Shown piece after piece: positions 26,226 to 38,503 of a DNA stretch of 64,000 nucleotides. The stretch is from Basidiobolus meristosporus CBS 931.73 (lineage: Eukaryota; Fungi; Basidiobolomycota), in assembly GCA_002104905.1 (NCBI GenBank), contig MCFE01000465.1, positions 6,354-70,353 of the forward strand, given 5' to 3'. Each line of letters begins with the position of its first letter. Within the stretch, counting starts at the first letter, position 1. A model generated the notes under the pieces. It had not been told where the DNA came from. It made no database searches and worked only from the letters and a program-made list of their open reading frames with translations. The position numbers and the translations under genes are program-made.

Positions 26226-27230
26226 TTAGAACTGGCTAGCAACCCAGGCAGCAACTGGAAGAAGAGCCAGAGTGAATGGAGCGGCGTTTCTGCCGGCAGC
26301 ATTCTTGTTCACAGAAGCATTTGCAAGACTGGTGGGTGTTGAGGAGGGAGCGGCTGGAGTGGCAGGAGCTTTGGTTGCAGCACCGGTGCCAGCAGAAGTG
26401 GAGGCGGTGGCGGCGGAGCTGGGGGCAGGGGGTGGGGTTCCGTTGTTAGGAACACCATCCTTGTACATGGGCCACTTGTTGTTGAGGCAGTCGGCAACAG
26501 TTTCAAATCTGTAACCCTTCGACTTGATGAAGTCAATAATCCTAGCGGTTCTATCAATGCTGAACTTGTGGATATCGTGTTGAAGAGAGATCCAGCTATC
26601 GACCTGGGAATTTCCGGCGTTCAACTTGTCCTCAACGTTGGTCACAAGCTTCTCTTGGACCTCAGTGCTGTTGTTGACGTATTGCCAGTCGTTGGAATCC
26701 ACATTCCAGGTGATAATCTTCAAGTTCAATCCATTCATCACTGTTTGGCAGGCAGCATTACAGTCACCATAGGGGGGTCTCATGTAAGCAGGAGCAGCGC
26801 CAATAACGGCCTTGATGGCAGCTTCGGTAGTAACCATTTGGCTATTGATTTGTTCCTGACTAAGGGTGTTCAATGAAGTGTGGTTGTAGGTGTGGGAAGC
26901 AATCTGATGGCCTTCATCATAAGCTTGCTTGAGATATTTGGTGAGTGCAGTGTTGTTTGCTTGAACACCGAGGACGAAGAAAGTAGCTTTAACATCTTTC
27001 TCCTTGAGGATAGCAAGCAAATCACCAGTGTTGGGGCCCGGCCCTGAAAAAAGGAAATGTTAGCCTGGCGTCGCATTGCCATAGAGAACATCATACGTAC
27101 CATCATCGAAAGTGAGGCCAAAAACGCCAGGTTTTTCGCACTTAGTGATCACTGTAGCACCAGCGTCTTGGGCGGCTACATAGCCAGCAAGGATTGAACC
27201 CATCAAAGCGTATTTGAAAATAGCAACCAT
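26226..27230 (-). CDS. Chitin deacetylase / CE4 polysaccharide deacetylase, secreted and probably GPI-anchored; one intron (about 27046-27099)
   Basis: Signal peptide MVAIFKYALMGSILAGYVAA; CE4 motifs TFDDG|P, SHTYNH, RPPYG, DSNDW, LQHDI; Ser/Thr/Ala/Pro linker and hydrophobic C-terminus (NAAGRNAAPFTLALLPVAAWVASQF). Confidence 0.93.
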
Positions 27231-27303
27231 CTTCGAGATATGTCGTAACTGGGAACAATGAAATAGACGAACTACGATATAGGGGGATGGGAAATCCACC
27301 CAG

Positions 27304-27311
27304 TATTTATA
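27304..27311 (-). promoter_or_regulatory. TATA box of chitin deacetylase gene
   Basis: TATAAATA on the minus strand about 75 nt upstream of ATG 27230. Confidence 0.5.
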
Positions 27312-30029
27312 CTTCTCTGGAGTTACACGACGACCTACCTCAATCTGCCCACAAATCCACTGCACTTATTGCTAATCATGGAGTAATTTCGTATGGATCA
27401 TTATAGTTCGAATTAACATCATCTGTAGCAATCTTTAATGACAGCAAACTATTTTCAGGAACAAATAATTCGTGCACATATTTCCTTTTCTTCCCGTTCC
27501 ATTCACCCTGATTTGGAAGGGCTTGTTGGATACTGAGTAGCTGTGAAGTCGCCCAAGAGCAAGAATGTTCAAACGGTCGTAGCACCAGACAGTATTGCTT
27601 CGAAATCGCCCACTCTGGCTACCTCATTGGTATCCCAGATGCAGGCCACTGATTGTGTTCGAAAGGATCGATGATGTCAACTTACAAATAAGGCCAAGCT
27701 ATTAACCGATCAGAGTGAGGTCCATACAAAGCGGCACTTTTCTAATCAAAAATATGGGGCAACGATCCAATCATGGATATTGCACGAGATTCCTCAGCTA
27801 CAGCACTTTCCAAATCCACCGACATTCATTCCAATCTACGGCGATTACCAGAGAGGGCGATGTGGATGATGGAAGCATCTTCACACGGCTAGCATGCTGC
27901 AATTACCCCAGTCCTAACCCGTTTACCATGGCTTTGCCTCGGGCAGCGGGGTGATGAGATGCGAAATTAATCGGAATCGCCCAGCATAGCACACATAATG
28001 CCGCCATGATGGGTCTCCAGTGGCATCGACGCAGGGCTAATGATTGGCTGGAGGACAAGCTTAATTGCCATTAAATTTAGGGCGGCTTTAATTTAGGTAG
28101 CCTTAACTATCATAGCCATGGAGATGCCGTTCCACAGATATCCAGTTATCGGCGGGATCAAGTGATATTGATTAAGGCTCTAAGACACCAGGGGCTAGCG
28201 GCCGAAGGATCAATGGCTACGGCTTCGCTCCGATCCCTTCAGGGCGGACGAGCGCTGACTTCACGCCAACTACGTATGTATTATCAGCTATTACGGGGAT
28301 GATATTTGCGATCAAAGGCCCAAGATGGCCACTCATAAATGCATGCATAAGCTGGTCAGGATGCAGGACCTGGGCGTCGGATGAATCATTGGTATGGCAC
28401 ACTCACCCAATATAGAGACCTACGAGTGAAAGGCGGGTGATTTCCAGCATCGCCCTCGATAAGTTGACTTGCCACTTGGCGGACGGGCCGAGATAAGAGG
28501 CCAGGTTGTATGGAATGCCCTACGCATCCAATCACGGGCGACTTCGAGGCTTTGACTTGATTACATGATGGATTTATCCGCTGATGATTTCCCATGGACC
28601 CAATGGAGAGCCTCACCGTTTTGCCAACTTTCTCCACATGGTTTGAAACTCCACAGCGTGATTCGGCCCTCGAGGGTGGGTGAATGTGTCGGACTTCGGG
28701 CGGATCGATAAACGAGGAGATGTCTCTATTCCTCTTGGGCCGCACCACTGAAGAGCATTCTTATTTGCTCCGGATCTCCCTTGTGACTCTGACCCCGGGG
28801 TTATCATTCGCATGTAACGCATCCCCTCGTTGATGATGGAGCGGCTGGTAGATCACTCCGGCCCTGAAGCTCTAAGGCCAAGATACTAGTGATGTGTGGT
28901 ACCCGCGCATCAGTATATTCTGTCTGCCTCAAGCCTTTTCCAAGGTTAGCAATGGAGAATTGCTAGAAAGAGATGATGAATTGCGATCTCGATGGCTTTC
29001 TGTGCACTGTTTGGGGCATCATCTAGGCTATTGTTGGACAATAGGCCGACATACGCCACTGGGTTGGCTTAAGATTCGTGAATTGCTGTATGTGTTGGCT
29101 GTCGCAAAAGGAAACTCTATTCTTAGTGCTTCTGAGGTGAAACAGTTATTTTAAGCGGTTGGCTCAGGAAATCCCTACTACGTAACTCCAGCATGGAATT
29201 AAATTGCCAAAGATCTCCGAGTTAAATCACCATGATGATAATGAATCCATGAAGCTAAATTTGCTCTTCACGAATCACCATTCAAGGCACCTATTTTGCG
29301 CCAAAATGAAAAATTCAATCGGCGCTTCAAATGACCCACACCATCGTTTAAGGAAACGGTCGACAAAGTTCAAACTCTATTCAACGATGGTCCTTGATTT
29401 TGGCGGAAGAGAATACACCTATCACGCAGTGTGCTGCGATCATTGGCGCTCATTTTCGGGGAGTGTACGATTGTGGGTATTGGTCGCCCTATTGAACGAG
29501 CGCGAACTTCAACGAAGGGCACTGGGATTTGTTTATAGGCAAAGTTAGCACCTATCAATCTCCGGTTTTCATGGAGGAGGCTCATCGTGCCCAAGCTGGG
29601 GCTGGTTTTTGAACTTCCCCAGATCTCTCCAGAGTCATATGCATATGGAGTAGAGTGAATGCAGGGAGAAGACATGAACTATCATGTTCGGCTGGTTCAT
29701 AGCAGTTAGTATTCAGTCTCGAACTGCCTTGGATGCTTGCCAAGGTATGTTTGACTCATCTTCCTGAGACCTCTCATAAGACATCCTTACCGGCACCTTT
29801 ACAGAGCTTGTACAAGTGTATAAATATTTAAACTCGACTCAGCGCATTCATAAATGAGCATCATACTCATTTAAATACGCCAAATCACTTCTATGCTCCC
29901 ATTACCACCTTCAATAAGCTCTACAATGGCAGAGAAACTTCTTTACTGCTGATGGCTAACTTTACATCTCTACTGTCATTGTTGAGACAGCTTTGACTTA
30001 ACTGGCCACTGGATATGTTACAATACTGA

Positions 30030-30372
30030 GAATCGTTGTGAGTCCTGTAATGTAATGACATCTAAGTACTCCCTTAATGTTGTCACTTGTATCACAGAAT
30101 ACTTATCTTAGAGAATTATGCCCAAATTCTTAATAGATGTTTGCTGAAAGTAGTTTCCCAAAATATCAGATACCCTAGACATGAAAAATCTTGAAGCTGC
30201 TTGAAGTGACATATTCTCTTGGGATCTTTCTAAGCATATTGCAAATATTTGCTTTGCAAAGACCATATAAATGTACAAAAACCACTTTTACACTCAATCA
30301 AATGTTATGCAATGACCACATAATCTGCTTGTTCTCCCAATCACTTCCAGTATTTCTAGAGTTTGCTCCATA
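30030..30372 (+). repeat. Diverged solo LTR related to the copia LTRs at 47138 and 51410
   Basis: Patchy colinear similarity (tcactt..ttagagaattatgcccaaattc..cccaaaatatcagataccct..cttgttctcccaatcacttcca) to LTR 47138-47486. Ends are approximate. Confidence 0.5.
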
Positions 30373-30505
30373 GCCTATGTGACCCAACAATGAAACCATA
30401 GGAAAGAGGCTTTTTGGCTATAGTCACAGGAGTGAAATGCCCACCTAAATGTACAGGGGAAGCAGCTCTAAAGTAGCAGAACAAGGTTTAAAGTGCATTT
30501 GACTT

Positions 30506-31680
30506 CCCCTATGAAAAATATTTGTGATGATCCCATCAAAAGGCTGTCTCAAAATATAGATCCTGCTACCAGAAGGCATTGATGCCATTAGGGCACCATG
30601 CACAAACTACAGAATAAAGTTGCACCTCAGATTTCACAAAAAACTTGGTCAAATCTTTTCATTACAACAATACATAAGTGGCTTTTAGTTGGCTCTCTGC
30701 CATTTCCTCACTTTAGTATCCCAGACACTCAGTCACGTACTATGTTTGCATACATTGATTAGTCATTGCCTCTTTTTCACACTCCTTACTTCTTAACACA
30801 AGTGATGCTCTTACTCTTCATGCATACAAACTGGCTTATTTCTGTTGAATCTTCAGTTGTAACTCAGTTGCCAACTGTACTGACCTATACAAGTCCTTAT
30901 ACCCAACACTGACATCAAGCCCAACCTCACACTCAACAAGTAGCTCCATTATATTCCATCTTTCACTATGTATTTCTGCCAAAAACCTATTTTCCATCAC
31001 TTTGGTGAGTACTCTATTGCTTTATTCCATTGGTTGCTTACTGGTTCCCATACATCCTGGTCTTCAACTAGCCCTGTAAAGTCTAGCACCTCATCTGCCA
31101 GTCTTTGCAGTAGATCCTTGCAAAATTCAAGTGCATTTCTTAAGCACTGCTCTTGAAGAAGTGCTGCAACCTTTTGTTGTGCCTGTTATTGCCCCAAAAT
31201 TCCACTGTAGGCATTGTGATTGTCATATGAGCTCTTGACATTGTTGCTTTGTCTGTCAGTGGAATCTCCACTCTGTCTACAGTGGAGTAGGTGGAGGCAG
31301 TGGTAGAAGAATTGCCTTTCTCTGCAAACACATCTATCTCACTTGAGCATAGCTCAACTGACTGCACTTCCAACTCTTGAGAAAACAGTTGTTGTGTAGT
31401 TGGTAATTCTTCTTAGCTATTATGGGATTCAGCCTGTTCTGGACTTATTACATTAATTGGTGAGAACTGCAGCTTTGTTCTCATACTTCCCTGTCTCTGG
31501 CTTGAGTAGACTTTTTTCCCTTTACCTTTTTCTTTATCACTGCCATATCTGTTACTGTTACTTTGTCTGAGTGCTTCTTGTATAGTACCATGTCTTCTCC
31601 TTGATAAATGCTGCACCAGTGCATCCACTTCTGCCTGCTTGTCCCTTACCAACAATCTTTTGGTTACCTGGTGTTTCCCA
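30506..31680 (-). mobile_element. Unclassified repeat family X, copy 1 (3' part of a decayed ORF plus the terminus CCCCTATGAAAAA)
   Basis: Colinear with 52480-53650 by eye; translated ORF fragments 31140-31373 and 31413-31877 match 52908-53342 and 53409-54278; CpG-depleted. Confidence 0.75.
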
Positions 31681-31899
31681 AGCTGCATGACAATCAGTAA
31701 AATTTGAGCCAAGTTACAAAAAAAGTATTCATTTGGGGCTGATGATACCCAGGGATGTTCTATTTGCTGGAAATTGAGAATTTCACAATAAATCATATCA
31801 GATGATAACAAGTGCCCAATCTTAGGTCCATCAATAGTCACAATTGAATTAGAGCAAGACAGTGAGATATTTTTCATACCTCAAGACACTACAACCATG

Positions 31900-32870
31900 T
31901 TTAGCCAGGATCAGTGCCACAAAATACCCCTAAAGTGGTCATTCCAGTATCACAAGGTAGAGATCCAACTGAACTATAAATAGCCAAAATTACTTTATCA
32001 ATGACAATACTGTTGTAAAAAACTGTAATTCCTCCTGAATTGGGACCTTCCTTAACCTATTTTATGTGTTTGTTATGCCAAGACCATGTAAAAGTATGAA
32101 TACTACTTTCACATTCAATAAATCATTAAGTGAAAACCACAAAATCTACTTGTCCTCCCAATCACTTCCAATATCTCCAAGACTCCTAAAACTTGAACAA
32201 CTTATCTAGTTTTTATGCTCTGGGTACCTGATATTTTGGTGAAAATATTCTGAGTAAATCCTGACAAGGATTTTGTTCAGTATTCTCTAGGATTTGGAGG
32301 GAATGATCTAAGCAACTGAGTTATGTTAATATTTAGGTGGAATTACAAACTTTTACAACAAATTGTCGATATACTCAAGAAGTATCAAATGGAAGGCTGC
32401 AGCAACTCTGATGGAGGCATATTGTAACTTGATCAAAAGTCAGCCATATCAACAAAGTTTGGTGCCACTTGAAAGACCAAACTTCCTTTACCAATCTATG
32501 GTTGACAGTGTGATATATATCATGTGAGGAACATGTGCAGATATCCCATATTCAGATGGAGTTATCAGCTAACATAATCAGGGCTATGGATCTGATCACA
32601 TAGCAGTAGTTAAGTGGCTATTTAAGTACTTAAAGGGAAATGTTGATATCTGCTCAAAGTATGTCTATAAAGATTCATAACAGGATGTTTTGGGATACTC
32701 TGCTGCTCATTGGAGACAGAATTTAGAAGACAGATGATCCACCACAGAATAAGCCTTTTGTTGCTGTACAAGAGCAATTTCATGGGATTCAAGAGGGCAA
32801 CCAACCATAGCACTTTCCACCACCCAGGCAGAGTATATGGCAGCCAGGGCCTTACATTGAAGTATATTCT
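31900..32870 (+). mobile_element. Old Ty1/copia reverse transcriptase-RNase H remnant, interrupted by the inverted LTR unit 32011-32360
   Basis: VEIQL..LLYQ*QY | IVDILKKYQMEGC across the insertion, and GAISWDSRGQPTIALSTTQAEYMAA near 32775-32850 (copia RNase H motif). Confidence 0.7.
32011..32360. repeat. Compact inverted pair of partial copia LTRs (TGTTG...CAACA)
   Basis: 32011-32190 is a plus-strand LTR with an internal deletion; about 32205-32360 is the 5' half of the same LTR on the minus strand; both match 47138-47486. Confidence 0.8.
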
Positions 32871-34439
32871 GTGTATTGCTTTTCAAATGAATAAAGCAGG
32901 TATTCTGATAACCCAAGTGCGTAGCATCAATACAAAAGAGATATTTGAAGTATTTCGTAGAGGGCGTGCTACTCAGTTGCTAGTCAATCAAAGCCAGATT
33001 ATTCATTACATTAGTAGCTTGTAGAATGACCAAAATTAGGGTTCTGCCTATCTAGATGGCGTTGCGATATGCAAAATTAATCGGATGACAAAAAATAACA
33101 TACCGACCACGCATAAATGCAGCGCTGGTTTTTGCCAGGATGAGTTGCCAATTGAAACCAATTTATATCAATTATAGGAGAGTACGAAAGGAATCCATGG
33201 TAAATATTCAGGTTCACAATATCTGTATAAGAAGTAGCACCAAACTGTATGAAGTCTCGGGGAAGGGTTACCCTCGCAATCAAATTAAGCAATCCATGGT
33301 GGTGAGTGTATCAAAGCTGATTAGGACTAATTACCTGCAGCAAGTAGTTATGAGCGCGATAAAGCTTGTGATTTTTGCTTTATCAGTAGAAATTGATCGC
33401 ATACAGTTGATTACTTGTTATTACAGGATCGCAGTTGGAATCAGTTGAATTCTTGTTACCAATCGAATTTGTACTTGTATATATGCTAGTATACTATACC
33501 TAGTACTTTAGGGAAGTACGCATGTCCAGGTATGAGCTACTCCGGCGATATGTAAGATGTATGCTGGTGGCTGTGGCAAATTCGGAACACCATGCGCTCA
33601 ATATAGTGTATTTACCCTATGACACTCAATTCAGTATGGTTGGATGGTCCAATTAGTCGCAACAGAAGGTACTTGGAGGCCTAGGAGATTCAGTCTTGCC
33701 CAGAGGAAATAAAATATTGAATCCAGGCAACGGCATCAAACTCCAATGACATTGCACAAAATGATAATGGCAAATACAGGGGTTGAGTGACAAGGAGCTG
33801 GGCAAGCCTTACTCCGTTGTGCTAAAACATCCATCTCAACTCGCATAATAATTGTCTTTATTTGGGTTGGTTGTCTTGCTGCGTCTGGGGGGCTATGGAA
33901 AATATCAACAATGAAAAGATCACTTTGATGAAAACTCAGTGGGATAGTAGGGAAAAGTGGCGGATTAGCGTTAAACAACCATGATTCATTGGTGGTGAGT
34001 GATGATTGCCTTGACTTGGGTATCGGTAGTACATCCCCCGACAGTCTAAATTATGATTAGCACGTTTAATCGGTAACGAAGAATAATTGGACAACGCTCT
34101 ATCGCGGCGGTTAATCACCAGATTGATCGTACTGACATTGATCAAAGGAGCTTCTGGGTGCTTTCGTACTGCTTGAGGTGTGTGATTCATGAAAGCGTAC
34201 AAAGCGCTTTGTTGAGTGGGTCTTCGCACATAAATCTGTACATTACAACCATCTCCTGTCAAACCTAGTAGATGCATACTAAGCCCCAATAATTGTTTCT
34301 GTGCCTTTCTGCCACCATTTGTGTTTCCTGATAATGCATCATGGCCAAGTGCGCTATACTCCACCCTCGGGTTTTAGCATAGTTTAACCAGCTAATTGAT
34401 ATGGTGGTTATCTGGCCTCACTTCCTAGAGAAGTAAAGA

Positions 34440-35450
34440 TGGACATTGCTAGTTTCCAATACAGGCATCCCATTTTGGCATTATCGTGATGCATGTGGAT
34501 GTGGATGAGATTCGCCCCCTCTATGCCATGATTTCCAGCAATAGCGACCATTAGAAAATCGACTTCAATATAGATCTTTTTGCATAGCTGGATTGGTGTA
34601 TTCGGTCCCAGCAATATATCCCTTTTGTGCTCAATATCTTATTATGACCTCGGCATGTGATTACCGATGGAGAAATGCAGACCTGTTTTGATAGGTGGCT
34701 GCAATCCCTGTCGAAATCGCATATTTGTTGAGGGTGTGAGATTTCTTAGGACACTCTGATCACTCCAAAAAGCCTTTTTCAGAACATACCAAGGATTCCT
34801 TTCTATGGAAAATCTTCCTTGAAAATGGTGCTGGTCTATGGTTTGGAAGGGGCATCGTTAGATGAGAAAACCTATACTCGTTTGTAGCGAATCGTGAATT
34901 GGCGAGGCGCCAGGCTATTTCGTGGTGGCTAGTGATTACGATGTGGATTCTGTGTCAGTTGGTTACACCAAGCCAGAGATGACAGACTGCAGTCGTATTA
35001 CACCAACTTCTCTAGTCCAACAACCAAAAGCCTTCTCTCCATAAATGTGCCTAACGTCTGACATATGTTACTCAAATAACCGATGGTTTATCTGTCACTT
35101 TGTCATGTAACTCTGTGAAAGATGGCTTATTTTCTCACGCTAGAATGCTTTCTTGAAGGTTGCTTAATGGCAGAGGGAATTGTTGCTTTGTCATAGGGCA
35201 TCTGGAATCAGCCAAGTATACAGTGGGCTGATTGGCTAGAATACTATCCATTGTTGACCATGTTCGTTAGAATGTTCCAACCATTCAGTCTGCTAGCAAG
35301 CATCGGTAAGCCCTCCTCACTCGAGTATGGCGATGGTGCTGGGATACTTGCACGCTCTGCTCAATATAAGTTGGCTCCAAGTTTTGTTAGAGCATGTTTA
35401 GCAACCTTCATCGCCAAATGGGCATGAAGTGGCCTGTTCCTATTTGTCAT
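34440..35450 (+). mobile_element. Heavily decayed non-LTR retrotransposon (LINE) RT remnant
   Basis: TGIP (G.PQG-like), ctc tat gcc (g)at gat = LYADD with a 1-nt deletion at about 34528, ITDG..FDRW, and LWKIFLE.MVLVYGLEGASLDEKTYTRL*RIVNW (post-RT YG.E motif). Many stops and frameshifts. Confidence 0.4.
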
Positions 35451-35793
35451 ATTTAATAAACTCGATTTACTCTAGGTGAACCAATGCGATGCGGATAGAA
35501 TTGTGGAATTTAGCTCATACTGCATAGATGCAACTAGCAATACTCTGAGCTGTAGTTCTTCTATTTTTGTAAAATATCCAGGATAGAGACTCAATTTGGC
35601 AGAGGTATCGGAGTGAAGATTGATGCATGCATATATATATATTGATAAGCTTCTTTATAGCCCGTGGTGCCCTGATTTGGTTCCCACACATTCGTTCCAT
35701 CATTAGTTTAAAAGACTGACTTGACTCGACTGAATTCCTACCTTCTATCGTCCATCCACTCTTTTAAATTCCATTCTATTGTATAAGTGTAGC

Positions 35794-37519
35794 ATGAGCC
35801 TTAGAAATATTTCTCGTACGTATGGTTTGTGCACCTTGCGCCCTCAAGTCAGCAGGCTCGCTTTAAGACCTGTTCACATTGTTAGACCTTTTTCTGCAGT
35901 CTCGCAAGGTATGTATTACGTAAAGGTCCTATTGTTTTAACGAGCCAAGAGCTGATCGAACTTCTGGGTTATAGTGGGAACTAGCGAGAGTAGCAAGAAG
36001 CGTGAAAAGATCATGAATCTCAACAATCTTAACCCAAATGTGAGAAATGTGGAATATGCCGTCCGTGGAGAGATAGCTATTTTGGCCGAAACCTTAAAAG
36101 ACGTTAGTGCATTTGAGGTTTCTCCTTGATTGCATATGCTTGTTACTTATCTTTTGCCGGTATATGTAGAAACTAAACAAAGGCGAAAACCTCCCTTTCA
36201 ATGAAATCACCAATATCAACATTGGTAATCCTCAACAGCTGAAGCAAAAGCCTATCACTTTCTTTCGCCAAGTTTCCTCCCTTGTCGAGAATCCTGATCT
36301 CTTACTTGATGAAAATCGGGAAAAGGTCGAGGCTCTTTACCCTATTGATGTAATTGAGCGTGCTAAAAAGCTGGTTAGCAGCGCTGGCGGTAGTGTTGGT
36401 GCATACAGTCACTCTATGGGAATACCATACATTCGTCAACAAGTTGCTAAATTTATCGAGGAGCGTGATGGCTACCCAGCTGACCCAGAGAAGATCTTCT
36501 TGACTGCCGGCGCTTCACCAGCAGTTCAGATGATCCTTCAGTGTATGATTGACAAACCTAATGTCGGTGTCATGATCCCTATTCCTCAGTATCCGCTCTA
36601 CACTGCATCCCTTGCCCTTTTCAACTCTCGTGCTGTTCCCTACTACTTGAATGAGGAGAAAGCCTGGGGAATGGACCCCAACGATCTCAAAGAGGCTATC
36701 CATAAGGCTCGTCAAGAGGGCACTGATGTGCGTGCTCTCGTTATTATCAACCCAGGAAACCCCACTGGTCAATGTCTTTCCGATGAGAACATGAAGGAAA
36801 TCATTGAGTTTTGTCATCGTGAACGCCTGGTTTTGTGTGCCGATGAAGTCTACCAGACCAACACTTACTCCGAAGATCTTCCATTCCATTCATTCAAGAA
36901 GATTCTTAGAAGCATGGGCCCTGATTATGAGGACTTTGAACTATTCTCCTTCCACTCAATTTCCAAAGGTGTGATTGGAGAATGCGGAAGACGTGGTGGT
37001 TATGTTGAATGTGTTGGCATCGACCCTCATATCGTTGAGCAGATGTACAAGCTTGCATCAATTTCGCTTTGTCCCAACGTCCAGGGTCAAATTATGGTGG
37101 AGCTCATGGTCAACCCACCTAATCCAGGAGAGCCTTCTTATGACTTGTACAAGAAAGAAACTGATGATATCTATCACTCCTTGATCCGTAGAAGTGTTAA
37201 GCTCTACGAAGCATTCAACAACCTAGAGGGCGTCACTTGCAGCAAGGCTGAGGGTGCTATGTATCTCTTCCCACAAATTAGATTGCCTGCCAGAGCCATC
37301 GAGGCCGCTAAGACCGCCGGCAAACAACCAGACGCCTACTACAGTTTGGAAATGTTGAAGGCAACTGGAATCTGCGTCGTGCCAGGTAGTGGCTTCGGTC
37401 AGAAAGACGGTACATGGCATTTCCGTGCTACCTTCCTTCCACCTGAACACACCTTTGATGAATTCATCAATTTGTTGAAGAATTTCCACGAAAAATTCAT
37501 GGATCAACACAGAGACTGA
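35794..37519 (+). CDS. ALT1: Alanine aminotransferase, with mitochondrial presequence; 3 exons
   Basis: MSLRNISRTYGLCTLRPQ presequence; NVEYAVRGE; NIGNPQQL; VIINPGNPTG; ADEVYQ; SISKGVIGECGRRGGY (PLP lysine); VVPGSGFGQKDGTWHFRATFLP. Confidence 0.95.
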
Positions 37520-38503
37520 GCTTACTCAAAGGTATAGTTCTGCTGTCCTCAAAGATCTCTTTGGCATATACTTCATTGTTTGGAACACTGTATTTTTTTT
37601 CCATTTATTTAAGCTGCATCAATTAGAAAGAAGTTGGTGTTTAAATTGAATTAAATTGTTTATAACCCCCAATTTGCCCATTGAGTGATATATCCATTAG
37701 TCTTCACCGAGGAAGGAGCTTGAAATATGCAGCATTCCAAATAAGGGGACGAATAAGCAATGCTAATCACGCTTCAACCATCATGCATGATATTAATCGT
37801 GCTTGAGAGCATGACCCTATCCGTTTTGGTCATGCTGGGAGTTTCTGCATTAAAGGCATTCTTCAGGCGCTGGAATGAACAGGTTGGATCGGATTGGTGA
37901 TGGCACTGAGCAACAGTGAGGGGAAATCGAGTTGAGCCACATTTATTCATGTATTTGCCGAGGTTCGATATGGGCATGTGCTCAAATCAAACTAATGGAC
38001 GGGTTATTTCCAAGGTGTGTGAAGGTGAAGGTCACCATGGTTCACAAAACTAGGTTGGGGTGGGCAGTCTCATACCAAGAGCGCCGGTAGCGTTATATTG
38101 ATTCAGATAGGAATAACCAGATCTCAAACTAGTAGCTGTGGACCAGCCAACCCGAATATGAAGTTCAAGTAGTATTCATAGGATGCTATCATCCGGTCTT
38201 GTGAAATTTCAGGCCTGGTGCAATAAATTTCGATCGATAAAGATCTGGTCTCAGTATTAAATTGACGTGAATGGCTCCTGTATTTCTCGTATTACAGGTA
38301 CCATATACTCTCTGGAGGAGAATTCCTTCAATCACGCGGAACCAGTTTAGGCCGGTTTGTTGTTTTAACCTATACATTAGGGATTAGTGGTAGATACGTG
38401 CGTTCTGGAGTATCCGGACAGTATCCGGTCCGCTACCTCTATTGTCTGTAACCGGGAAGATGTAAGGCTTATCTTTAGCGTCTCGGTGGAGTTGATTAAA
38501 GCC

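Noticed and set aside
27940-27985. Shared about 20-nt motif gagatgcgaaattaatcgga / gatatgcaaaattaatcgga with about 33065-33085
   Set aside because: Similarity does not extend convincingly and is too short to call a repeat or regulatory element.
27700-29700. GC-richer, CpG-normal 2-kb stretch with several 60-120 aa ORFs
   Set aside because: No recognisable domain, RNA-gene structure or coherent exon chain; treated as intergenic or promoter DNA of unknown function.
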